Source: Thermotogaceae bacterium
Lineage (GTDB): Bacteria > Thermotogota > Thermotogae > Thermotogales > Thermotogaceae
Length of the DNA: 13,139 bases
Direction: 5' to 3'
NCBI GenBank assembly: GCA_021161105.1
Contig: JAGHBG010000087.1
Coordinates: 1-13,139 of the forward strand
The notes beneath the pieces are model-generated. The model was given only the letters and a program-made list of their open reading frames with translations. It was not told the origin of the DNA and did not search any database. The number at the start of each line of letters is the position of its first letter. Position 1 is the first letter of the stretch. The translations under genes and the position numbers were made by a program. This document shows, one piece after another, positions 1 to 7,501 of the stretch.

Positions 1-5
1 CATTA

Positions 6-995
6 ATGGAGATAATTGAAGAAGATTTGAAAAAGGAAAGCATAAACAGAGACATTTTAAAACTTGTAAAAAGAGTTGATGACGAGCTTTATGTTATAAG
101 AAAGCTGTGGAATATGCTTAAGGAGTTTGCAAAGATAAATACTATTTTTGTTTTACTTCTATCGCTGTCTGCTGGGCGGGTTTATGTTTTTTCAAGGGAT
201 GTGATAGAGGTAAATCCGAAGGAGGTAAAGGATAGGCTTTTGAAGTTGATGAGAAAGCCTTCTACACCATCTACTTGGGAATGGTATGGCAACGTTAAAT
301 ATAATGGGAGAAATCCTGTGAAAGTAGAAATTTGCTTTTACGATCGTATAGAAATCGATGGCGAGGAAATAGGAGTGATGGCTTACGGGGGAGCAGGTGA
401 TGTGGAAAGAAAGAGATTAATTGCGCTTAGCAAAGATATACAGGATTCCTTAAAGGTTCTTTTCAGGACATTGAATCTTTTCTGGGATCACAAAGTAGCG
501 GCAGAAGTGGATTCTCTAACAGGACTTCTGGTCAAAAAGGTAATAATGTCTAAAATTAGTGAATATTCAAAGCTTGCTGCACGTCAGGGTGTTATATTCT
601 CCCTGGCTATGCTGGATATTGACGATTTTAAAAAGATAAACGATGCTTATGGACATATTAAGGGGGATGAGGTGTTAAAGAAGGTTGGAAAAATAATATC
701 TTCTGCGATCAGAAATACAGACCTTGCGGGAAGGTATGGTGGAGAGGAGTTTTTGATCTTAATGCCGGCAACAGATCTTAATACTGCTAAGAAAGCAGTT
801 GAAAGGGTTTTGGAGAACATTAGAAGTTATAACTGGAGAGAAATTGGAGTAGAGAGAGTTACTGTGAGTGCAGGAGTTGCGCAGGTGGTTCCAAACAAAA
901 GTGTTACAGAGTTAATTGAAATGGCAGATAAAGCACTTTATCATGCAAAGAAAACAGGAAAAGATAGATGTGTAGCTTATGGAGGTGAGGTTTGA
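6..995 (+). CDS. GGDEF-domain diguanylate cyclase. There is an N-terminal hydrophobic segment ([11 protein letters not shown]) and a sensory-like domain ahead of the C-terminal GGDEF domain. The gene may be 5'-partial, because the frame stays open to base 1.
   Basis: A 329-aa ORF carries the hallmark motif [12 protein letters not shown] (GGEEF active site). Upstream of the motif is the conserved '[20 protein letters not shown]' segment. The stop TGA (993-995) shares its A with the ATG of the next gene. No in-frame stop lies between base 1 and the first ATG. Confidence 0.85.
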   Translation: MEIIEEDLKKESINRDILKLVKRVDDELYVIRKLWNMLKEFAKINTIFVLLLSLSAGRVYVFSRDVIEVNPKEVKDRLLKLMRKPSTPSTWEWYGNVKYNGRNPVKVEICFYDRIEIDGEEIGVMAYGGAGDVERKRLIALSKDIQDSLKVLFRTLNLFWDHKVAAEVDSLTGLLVKKVIMSKISEYSKLAARQGVIFSLAMLDIDDFKKINDAYGHIKGDEVLKKVGKIISSAIRNTDLAGRYGGEEFLILMPATDLNTAKKAVERVLENIRSYNWREIGVERVTVSAGVAQVVPNKSVTELIEMADKALYHAKKTGKDRCVAYGGEV

Positions 996-2206
996 TGGAC
1001 ACAGGAAAGCTCAAATTAAACTGGGTGGAAAGGTATATGGATGTTCTTAACGAGGTACAGAAAGAGTATAAGGAGAAAGAACCTCTAAAAGGGATAAAGG
1101 TAGGAATTTCAGTTCATCTTGAAGCCAAAACAGGTTATTTAGCTATAACCCTCAAAAGATTGGGAGCGGATGTTTACCTTACAGGTAGCAATCCATTATC
1201 AACACAGGACGATGTTGCAAATGCCTTGAAAGATTTTGGAATAAATGTTTTTGCAAAAAGGACCCACGATGAAAAGGAATACTGGAAAGGAATTCACTCA
1301 GTTCTTGACGCTCATCCAGACTTTATAGTTGATGATGGAGCGGATCTTACGGTAACAGCTCATACTGAGAAACAGGAGGTTCTGGAGGATTTGAAAGGCG
1401 TTACGGAAGAGACGACAACTGGAGTAAAAAGGCTCAGAGCACTTGAAAAGAAAGGAAAGCTCCAGATTCCTGTCATAGCTGTTAACGACGCCTATATGAA
1501 AAGTCTTTTTGATAATAGGTATGGAACCGGGCAGTCAACATGGGATTCTATAATGAGGAATACAAATCTTCTTGTCGCAGGAAAATATGTTGTGGTTGCG
1601 GGTTATGGCTGGTGTGGAAAAGGTGTTGCAATGAGGGCAGAAGGACTCGGAGCAAAGGTCATAGTTACAGAGGTTGATCCTATAAAGGCAATAGAAGCTG
1701 TTATGGATGGTTACGAAGTTATGACAATGGATGAAGCAGCTCAAATAGGAGACTTCTTTGTCACAGTCACAGGAAACAAAGGGATAATAGGAAAAGAACA
1801 TTTCCTTAAAATGAAAGACGGGGCTGTTCTTGCAAATGCGGGACATTTCGATGTTGAGATAGATATGAGAGCTCTTGAGGAAATAGCTGTAGAAAAGTTT
1901 GAAGCAAGAATGAATGTAACAGGCTACAAGCTGGAAAATGGACGAACCCTCTATGTTGTTGGAGAGGGAAGGCTTGTTAATCTGGCGGCAGCCGATGGGC
2001 ATCCGGTTGAGATTATGGATCTTTCCTTTGCACTTCAGGCGCTTTCTGTTTTGTATCTTGTGGAAAATCACAAAAAACTTGAAAATAAAGTATACAGGGT
2101 TCCGAAGGAAATTGATGAGAAAGTAGCAAAGCTTAAACTCAGATCTATGGGAATAAAGATAGATGAGATGACTCCTGAGCAGAAAGAATACCTGGAAAGC
2201 TGGTAA
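995..2206 (+). CDS. ahcY: Adenosylhomocysteinase (S-adenosyl-L-homocysteine hydrolase), short ~404-aa form
   Basis: The protein has the NAD-binding Rossmann motif '[47 protein letters not shown]'. It also has conserved SAHH blocks ([25 protein letters not shown]). The RBS GGAGGTGAGG (981-990) sits 4 nt before the ATG at 995; the ORF track's TTG at 992 is a less likely start. The stop/start overlap with the upstream GGDEF gene is the pentamer TGATG. Confidence 0.9.
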   Translation: MDTGKLKLNWVERYMDVLNEVQKEYKEKEPLKGIKVGISVHLEAKTGYLAITLKRLGADVYLTGSNPLSTQDDVANALKDFGINVFAKRTHDEKEYWKGIHSVLDAHPDFIVDDGADLTVTAHTEKQEVLEDLKGVTEETTTGVKRLRALEKKGKLQIPVIAVNDAYMKSLFDNRYGTGQSTWDSIMRNTNLLVAGKYVVVAGYGWCGKGVAMRAEGLGAKVIVTEVDPIKAIEAVMDGYEVMTMDEAAQIGDFFVTVTGNKGIIGKEHFLKMKDGAVLANAGHFDVEIDMRALEEIAVEKFEARMNVTGYKLENGRTLYVVGEGRLVNLAAADGHPVEIMDLSFALQALSVLYLVENHKKLENKVYRVPKEIDEKVAKLKLRSMGIKIDEMTPEQKEYLESW

Positions 2207-2208
2207 TT

Positions 2209-2712
2209 ATGAGCAAGAAAAATTTGTTCTTATTATGGACCTTAATAGCCCTTGTTGCTCTCGTTTTTTATTACTCTAAGGGACTTTATAAAGTTTATTA
2301 CATATCGATAGCTGGAGATGAGGCTTTCAAGAAAAATGTAGAGAGAGCCCTCGGGCTCTCTCATTTGCGTTACAGAATAGTTGATAGGGCAAATATAGTA
2401 TTCAATGGGGATGAGAAAACTTTCATAATAAATGACCACACATACCACCTTGATTGGCAGGAGAATGCAAAAGAAAAAGCCCTGGATGGAAGTGGATGCA
2501 GTGGAGATTGCAAATTTGTTCCTGTAGTTAACGGGAAGCTTGATGAAGAAAATACGGCTGTTCTTATGGGATGTGTTGACATAATAAAGGGAAAAGGTAG
2601 CAGGATTTTTGACAATGGCTGGCTTGCTGTGAAAATGGCAGTGATAAGGGATGGGAAACCGGTTTTGGTATATGATCCTTTGACAAAAGAGAAGATTTTC
2701 CAAAATTATTAG
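2209..2712 (+). CDS. Hypothetical membrane-anchored protein of unknown function. A single N-terminal TM/signal-anchor is followed by a ~135-aa soluble domain that contains four Cys.
   Basis: The ATG lies 2 nt after the ahcY stop ('tggTAAttATGagc'). A hydrophobic N-terminus (LFLLWTLIALVALVFYY) is followed by a charged domain containing 'GSGCSGDC'. I recognise no family. Coding potential is supported by length and by codon usage consistent with its neighbours. Confidence 0.55.
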   Translation: MSKKNLFLLWTLIALVALVFYYSKGLYKVYYISIAGDEAFKKNVERALGLSHLRYRIVDRANIVFNGDEKTFIINDHTYHLDWQENAKEKALDGSGCSGDCKFVPVVNGKLDEENTAVLMGCVDIIKGKGSRIFDNGWLAVKMAVIRDGKPVLVYDPLTKEKIFQNY

Positions 2713-2742
2713 CTACGAAAATTCAGGTTTTCTTTTGTAGCT
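2711..2742. terminator. Hairpin between the convergent 3' ends of the 2209-2712 gene and the - strand transglutaminase-like gene. It is a putative bidirectional terminator or RNA-stability hairpin.
   Basis: The sequence AGCTACGAAAA-ttcaggttttc-TTTTGTAGCT forms a ~10-bp stem with one unpaired G, sitting immediately after the stop at 2710-2712. There is no strong U-tract on the + strand, so its terminator strength is uncertain. Confidence 0.35.
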
Positions 2743-2752
2743 TATGAGACGC

Positions 2753-3598
2753 TTAGTGTAGCTTTGGCTCTGGATAGAATGAGCTTACTGAATGTGTATA
2801 AGTGACATTATACATGAGAAACCTTCTTTGAAAAATTCGTGGTTTCTTGGCCCTGATAGGTACTAATATTAGTTTTTTTGACAAAGGATCTGCCGGGTTA
2901 CCAAGTTTTACCTCAAAGTAGTAAAGATAAGATGCTATCCATCTGAAATATTTATTAACATTTTTTATGGAAGAGCTAAAGATTTTTAGATTTTTTCTAT
3001 TTTCAGATAGAGCTTTTTGGAATTCTACAGCGTTAAGCGGTGTTTCATCAATGTATGGAATAACATCCCACTGGGGATCTACAAAAACCTATTTTTTAAT
3101 ATCTCGAAGATAGGCTTCAACAACTACATGAGCAGCTCCAGATTTCCGTGTTTCTACATCCTTTGTCATTAATGTTATAACCCTTGCGGGAATTCCGATG
3201 GAATTTAAGCAGGCGCTAAGAACGATAGAGTATTCCACACAGCGAAATCTTTTTCCAATTTTTGCTTCTTCTATTATGGATATAGGATCACTCTTTTCAG
3301 GTTTATTTCTACTATTGTGCTTCCATAGTCCATGTACCCAGTGGCACATTTTTTCCACCCGTTCGAGGTCGCTTCTGCTGTTAGAGATGATTTCTTCGAG
3401 GTTATATCTTGTACGGAGTTCCGTAAGATGAGGATTTGCAGAGTTTTCCCATGGAAATGGGAAAGATCTCTGGTCTGGGTTTTGATCAAATTTCAGTAAG
3501 TCTATCTTAATAGGCCTTGATTGTAAATAACCAAAATAAAGTAAAACAATCACAACGAATATCGCAGAAAGAAACAAAAGTTTTTTAATCTTTTTCAA
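2753..3598 (-). pseudogene. Transglutaminase-like cysteine-protease superfamily protein (N-terminal signal/TM anchor), interrupted by a single in-frame amber codon (TAG at 3089-3091). It is either a pseudogene or a stop-codon readthrough candidate.
   Basis: The N-terminal part is a TTG-start ORF at 3092-3598 (169 aa), preceded by the RBS GGGGAGG. It contains the transglutaminase-core Cys (FRCVEYSIVLSACLNSIGIPARVI) and His (AAHVVVEAYL). Directly after the TAG the same frame stays open for ~111 more codons, 'VFVDPQWDVIPYIDETPLN...PEPKLH', down to the TAA at 2753-2755. This stretch supplies the expected catalytic Asp (VDPQW). The ORF track reports only the N-terminal piece, 3089-3598. Confidence 0.6.
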
Positions 3599-3792
3599 AT
3601 TTTCCGCCTCCCCGCAAAATATAGATACAAGATTCTCAACAAGACTTTTAGTCTTTGATGGTTTTTGGGTACGGAAGAGAGCAATAAAAAATTTTTTCTG
3701 TTAATTATACTATTCTGTAGGCGATCTTCAGGTCATGAATAGTGTATGTTTTTAAAATAAAAAGGGCACAACGATTTATCGTTACTTTTTAA

Positions 3793-3801
3793 TGTTATAA
3801 T
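3793..3801 (+). promoter_or_regulatory. Extended -10 element (TGtTATAAT) for the SPFH gene. The -35-like element GATTTA (3773-3778) is weak.
   Basis: TGTTATAAT at 3793-3801 sits ~45 nt upstream of the ATG at 3845 in an AT-rich divergent intergenic region. Identified by sequence inspection only. Confidence 0.3.
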
Positions 3802-3844
3802 CATTATGGACCTGGGAGAACAGAATCTTTTAGGAGGGGATAGC

Positions 3845-4753
3845 ATGATAGCATTAGGTATTCTTATATTTTTCCTTTTTATAATTGCGGCTTCATCGAT
3901 AAAGATCATAAGACCTTATGAAAGGGGACTTGTGGAGAGGCTTGGTAAATTTAAAAAGGAGCTTGGCTCGGGACTTCACATTATAGTGCCTTTCTTTGAC
4001 AGACTTGTAAAGGTTGATATGAGAGAAAGAGTAATAGATGTGCCGCCACAGGAAGTTATAACGAAGGATAATGTTGTAGTAACAGTTGACGCTGTAATCT
4101 ATTATGAAGTGACGGATGCGTATAGGGTTATATACAACGTAAGTAACTTCGACCTGGCCACGGTGAAGCTTGCGCAAACAAACCTCAGAAATGTTATTGG
4201 TGAGCTGGAGCTTGATCAGACTCTTACATCAAGGGAGAAGATAAACCTGAGATTAAGAGAAGTTCTTGATGAGGCTACCGATAAGTGGGGCGTTAGAATA
4301 ACGAGGGTTGAGATAAAGAAAATAGATCCTCCAAAGGACATAATGGAAGCGATGAGCAAGCAGATGAAGGCAGAAAGAACAAAAAGAGCGGCTATTCTGG
4401 AAGCAGAAGGTGTGAAGCAGTCGCAAATCTTGAGAGCGGAAGGAGAAAAGAGAGCCGCAATACTTAAAGCAGAAGGTGAAGCGGAAGCTATAAAGAAAGT
4501 AGCAGAGGCAAATAAGTACAAACTCATAGCGGAAGCCGAAGGACAGGCACAGGCAATATTGAATGTTTTCAAAGCCATACATGAAGGAGAACCTAACAAA
4601 GAGATAATAACCTTAAAATACCTTGAAGCACTTGCCAAAATTGCCGAAGGGAGTTCGAGCAAGATATTTATGCCATATGAAACGAGTTCACTCCTGTCAT
4701 CTTTGGGAGCAATGGCGGAGATATTTAAGAGCAAGGCAGAACAGAATGACTAA
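3845..4753 (+). CDS. SPFH/band-7 family membrane protein (stomatin/prohibitin-like, QmcA/YqfA-type)
   Basis: An N-terminal TM segment ([18 protein letters not shown]) is followed by a stomatin signature region ([27 protein letters not shown]; [12 protein letters not shown]; [19 protein letters not shown]). There is a C-terminal coiled-coil with AEGE/AIL repeats. A strong RBS AGGAGGGG (3832-3839) lies 5 nt before the ATG at 3845, so the ORF-track start at 3806 is probably too far upstream. Confidence 0.85.
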   Translation: MIALGILIFFLFIIAASSIKIIRPYERGLVERLGKFKKELGSGLHIIVPFFDRLVKVDMRERVIDVPPQEVITKDNVVVTVDAVIYYEVTDAYRVIYNVSNFDLATVKLAQTNLRNVIGELELDQTLTSREKINLRLREVLDEATDKWGVRITRVEIKKIDPPKDIMEAMSKQMKAERTKRAAILEAEGVKQSQILRAEGEKRAAILKAEGEAEAIKKVAEANKYKLIAEAEGQAQAILNVFKAIHEGEPNKEIITLKYLEALAKIAEGSSSKIFMPYETSSLLSSLGAMAEIFKSKAEQND

Positions 4754-4787
4754 AAAATCGGGGCGGCTGCCCCGATTTTATTTGTTT
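4752..4787. terminator. Rho-independent bidirectional terminator between the convergent SPFH and beta-CASP genes
   Basis: AAAAAATCGGGGC-ggct-GCCCCGATTTTATTTGTTTG forms a perfect GC-rich stem (CGGGGC/GCCCCG) with a 4-nt loop. It is flanked by an A-run on the left and a T-run on the right, so it can terminate transcripts from both strands. Confidence 0.7.
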
Positions 4788-4809
4788 GATTTTGCTCCCA
4801 ACCTTGCAA

Positions 4810-6369
4810 TCACTCTATCGAAACATTTCTCTCTGTAATGACCTTTTTTTCCCAGCGCATTTCAAACCATCCTTTGTTTAATGTGTGGACTGGAATAATG
4901 AATTCTGGATTAAGCGTATTTATAAGATTTTCCAGAGCTTCAGGTGAGATATGGCCAGAAGCATGAAAGTCTTTTGTGAATATCACTTCATCTTCCTTAA
5001 ATTCTATGCCAGATGGTCTGATGTTGAACCTTTTGAGCCAGTTTCTGAATCTTTTAGCGTCGATTTGCTGCTCTTCTGTGTAAGCTTCACTGGTTGAATG
5101 GATGTAGATGGAATTTTTAAGAACATCTTCATCAAAGTCAAGAATGTTGGGGATTTTCCAGTACCCCATCGAAAGAATGTATTTTGATGGGTTTGAGTTT
5201 ATATCATACGGTGTTATCAGGTTGCCTTCATCAATGACGGTTTTTAAGAACTCCTTCTCTCTTTTTGTGTAGGTTAAAACTCCGGGATGGAAGATTTTAA
5301 TCGCTTTTTTCTCCTCTTCTGTTAATTTCCATGCAGGTTCAAACTTTCCAAGATCCTCAAGGTAGAGAAAGTCTTTTGGAAACATGACAAAGTATCTTCC
5401 GCTTTCCTGAGCCACCCTTATGAATGTAAGCACTCTTTCAAGGTGTCTTATAGGGTAGTCTACTAAAACCACTCCTTTATGCTTGATTACAAGCTCCATT
5501 GCATTTTCAAATACATCTCTTTCTGTTGTGTTTGCACCTCCGCCTTCTCTTGTTACCCGCGTTCCTTCGACTATAAGAACCATCGGGTGAAGATCTTTGA
5601 CCTCATTTATGAACTCTTTCGTTCTTTGAGAAAGCTTAAGTCTTCTCTCTCCCAGGCTTTCAAGCCAGTAGGCTTGCTCGTTTTTATCCGGCCCTGATCT
5701 TAAGTCTCCTGTATAAACTACCCAGAAATTATCAACCTTTAGGGCAATTGCTGATGCACCTATTACAGAATGGTAAACCTTGAAAATCCTCATCTCATCC
5801 CATACAGCGTTTATGTCAACAAATTCAGTTTTATCCGCAAATTCAGTTTTGTCCACGTCCTTTATTCCGGCAACTGTTCTTTTTATCAGAGCGTCTTTGC
5901 TTCTATCAGAATGTTTTAGATCGCCTCTGATGAAAGAATCTTTTGGCTTTATAAAACGCTTTCCATAAAACTTATTCCATACATTGCTTCTTCTTACCTC
6001 AGAGTCCGTTATAACTATCGATAAAGTTTCCGGTGTTGCGACGATTGGCAGCTCTTCGCTTATAAGGCCGATAAGGCCGCAGTGATCAGCATGCGCGTGG
6101 CTAATAAAGAGAAATTTATACCTTCCATCGTAGGCGAAGTTGTCAAAAGCCAGGTCTTCTCTGTAAATAGGAATCTCTGGTGCAAGGTTGAGTTTTATTA
6201 TATCGTGCAGCGCTTTGCCAGTTCTTGGATTGATGAATTCTTCAAAATACTCCCCCCAGCTTTGGAAATTCATACCAAAATCAAGAAGAGCACATTCGCC
6301 ATTCTTTGAACACACGCTGATTTTATTCCCGCCAATTGTGCTGTGCCCGTCATGAATGAGTATGTTCAT
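4810..6369 (-). CDS. Metallo-beta-lactamase-fold hydrolase of the beta-CASP family, a ribonuclease J-like RNA-metabolising enzyme
   Basis: The 519-aa protein has the MBL motifs D (ALLDFG), HxHxDH (ISHAHADHCG), H (VYHSVIGA) and D (YTGDLR). It also has the beta-CASP motifs A (LIVEGT) and C (FHASGHISPEAL). The RBS AAGGAGGGGG lies ~8 nt upstream of the ATG (reverse complement of 6370-6387). Confidence 0.75.
   Translation of the reverse strand: MNILIHDGHSTIGGNKISVCSKNGECALLDFGMNFQSWGEYFEEFINPRTGKALHDIIKLNLAPEIPIYREDLAFDNFAYDGRYKFLFISHAHADHCGLIGLISEELPIVATPETLSIVITDSEVRRSNVWNKFYGKRFIKPKDSFIRGDLKHSDRSKDALIKRTVAGIKDVDKTEFADKTEFVDINAVWDEMRIFKVYHSVIGASAIALKVDNFWVVYTGDLRSGPDKNEQAYWLESLGERRLKLSQRTKEFINEVKDLHPMVLIVEGTRVTREGGGANTTERDVFENAMELVIKHKGVVLVDYPIRHLERVLTFIRVAQESGRYFVMFPKDFLYLEDLGKFEPAWKLTEEEKKAIKIFHPGVLTYTKREKEFLKTVIDEGNLITPYDINSNPSKYILSMGYWKIPNILDFDEDVLKNSIYIHSTSEAYTEEQQIDAKRFRNWLKRFNIRPSGIEFKEDEVIFTKDFHASGHISPEALENLINTLNPEFIIPVHTLNKGWFEMRWEKKVITERNVSIE
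5821..5856. repeat. Two-unit direct tandem repeat of 18 bp inside the beta-CASP gene
   Basis: aaattcagttttatccgc | aaattcagttttgtccac match at 16 of 18 positions. On the - strand the units encode ADKTEF and VDKTEF, giving '...VDKTEFADKTEFVD...' in the protein. Confidence 0.8.
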
Positions 6370-6540
6370 AATCGCTGCCCCCCTCCTTACAACCCATACA
6401 TGATTGTATCAAAGCAGGCGCCTGACACGAAGATACTCACTACCTTTGTAAGCAAAAAAGCAGAGGGAGCCATTACTCTCTTTTTCTATTAACTGGTTAA
6501 TACCTTCATATCCATACAGGGAGCTGTATCAGAGTAAATG

Positions 6541-6568
6541 TTGCATATATGGAATAAAATGATACAAT
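6541..6568 (+). promoter_or_regulatory. Sigma70-type promoter for tRNA-Ser: -35 TTGCAT, 16-nt spacer, -10 TACAAT
   Basis: The -35 TTGCAT is at 6541-6546 and the -10 TACAAT at 6563-6568. The mature tRNA 5' end at 6578 lies ~9 nt downstream of the -10. The surrounding sequence is AT-rich. Confidence 0.45.
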
Positions 6569-6577
6569 ACATTACTC

Positions 6578-6666
6578 GGAGGCGTAGCCTAATTGGCTAA
6601 GGCGTCGGCCTTGAAAGCCGATGGGGCGCAAGCCCCGTGTGGGTTCGAGTCCCACCGCCTCCGCCA
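6578..6666 (+). tRNA. tRNA-Ser (anticodon UGA), class II with a long variable arm and a genomically encoded CCA
   Basis: The acceptor stem is GGAGGCG/CGCCTCC with a G discriminator and 3' CCA. The D-stem is 3 bp (GCC/GGC) with a GG-containing loop. The anticodon stem is TCGGC/GCCGA with loop CTTGAAA (anticodon TGA). The variable arm has the stem GGGGC-gcaa-GCCCC. The T arm is GTGGG-TTCGAGT-CCCAC. Total length is 89 nt. Confidence 0.85.
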
Positions 6667-6696
6667 GATCCCCCGGAAGGGGGATTTTTTATTTTG
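6667..6696 (+). terminator. Intrinsic terminator immediately after tRNA-Ser
   Basis: gATCCCCC-ggaa-GGGGGATtttttatttt forms a 7-bp stem with a tetraloop, followed by a U-tract. Confidence 0.65.
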
Positions 6697-6742
6697 CGGT
6701 AAAATAGAATGTGCAAAAATTTCTTTGAAGGAGATGATGAAG

Positions 6743-7501
6743 ATGGTTAAAAAGATTGTAATTGTTTTGGATGTTTTTTTATCAATACTTTCATTTTCCT
6801 CTTATGTGACGATAGTTACAAGCAACTCTTTTAACCTGTCGCTCAGCAGCTGGCATCTGGCTTTCTCCGTTAATCAAGATCAGTATCTTTTAGGTTTGAA
6901 TCTGATTGATTACAACAAAGAACTCATAACCACTGTAGAGAGACAGGTATTCACCAAAACCATTAAAATGAAGATGAAAACAGGAGATGAAAATGCGATT
7001 TTCAATGTATTTTTCTGGCAGAGTCCAGCGTTGACGGTTGTTTATAAGAAAACGAGTATTTTCCCATATAAATCAGAAACTTATATGTACTTTGTTGCAT
7101 CAAAAAATCCCGTTTTTATTGAAGAAAGCTATCAATATGCAAAGTTTCTTGGTTTTTCCATACTTTCTGCATCACTATCAATGAATGATTCAGGTTTTTC
7201 TTATGGCATGTATGGATACAGAGATATATATCTTGGATATTTCAAAACAGCTTCTGGTTATATAGCGGGATTGGGCGATATGAACGGAGAATATTCAGGA
7301 ATGCTTGGAGCCGGTTTTGGAAAAGGGATTTCTTTTGGGTTTGGATACTTTATAAATAAGTCAAAATCTCTGGGTTTTGCAGGTCTTTCTTTTGATGAAG
7401 GAGGTATTTATCCGCAGGTATTTGTAAAATGGAACTTCAAAATGGCTGAACTTTCCCTTCTCTACCAGAATGGGAGGTTTTTACTCTCTGTCCATGAATG
7501 A
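6743..7501 (+). CDS. Hypothetical secreted protein, Gly/aromatic/Ser-rich, with alternating beta-strand-like segments. It is a candidate outer-envelope beta-barrel protein.
   Basis: The RBS AAGGAG (6728-6733) precedes in-frame ATGs at 6734, 6737 and 6743. The N-terminal signal-like segment is MVKKIVIVLDVFLSILSFSS. The C-terminal half is rich in GF, GY and GL dipeptides (GFSYGMYGYRDIYLGYF...GFGKGISFGFGYF...) and ends in an aromatic-rich segment. The ORF-track extension back to 6593 runs through the tRNA and its terminator, so it is an artefact. Confidence 0.55.
   Translation: MVKKIVIVLDVFLSILSFSSYVTIVTSNSFNLSLSSWHLAFSVNQDQYLLGLNLIDYNKELITTVERQVFTKTIKMKMKTGDENAIFNVFFWQSPALTVVYKKTSIFPYKSETYMYFVASKNPVFIEESYQYAKFLGFSILSASLSMNDSGFSYGMYGYRDIYLGYFKTASGYIAGLGDMNGEYSGMLGAGFGKGISFGFGYFINKSKSLGFAGLSFDEGGIYPQVFVKWNFKMAELSLLYQNGRFLLSVHE

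Noticed and set aside
1535-2071. 178-aa ORF on the - strand inside ahcY
   Set aside because: It is antisense to a confidently identified, highly conserved SAHH gene. It is Cys/Ser-rich with low-complexity composition typical of antisense frames, and it has no RBS.
3089-3091. Amber codon as a pyrrolysine or other recoding site
   Set aside because: No pyl genes are visible in this window, and the taxon suggested by the gene content is not known for Pyl decoding. A pseudogene or a sequencing error is more parsimonious. I have kept it as a finding to be checked rather than as a recoding call.
4360-4560. Internal repeats (AEGE...AIL) in the SPFH gene that could be mistaken for a tandem DNA repeat
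   Set aside because: They are degenerate coiled-coil heptad-like repeats at the protein level, typical of SPFH C-termini, and not a discrete DNA tandem array.
4216-4734. Ala/Ser-rich 172-aa ORF on the - strand within the SPFH gene
   Set aside because: It is the reverse complement of the GAA/GCA-rich coiled-coil region of the stomatin gene. Its low-complexity antisense translation is not a real gene.
6593-6742. N-terminal extension of the 6593-7501 ORF (MAKASALKADGAQAPCGFESHRL...)
   Set aside because: The extension is translated straight through the tRNA-Ser gene and its terminator. The real start is at the cluster of ATGs behind the AAGGAG at 6728-6733.
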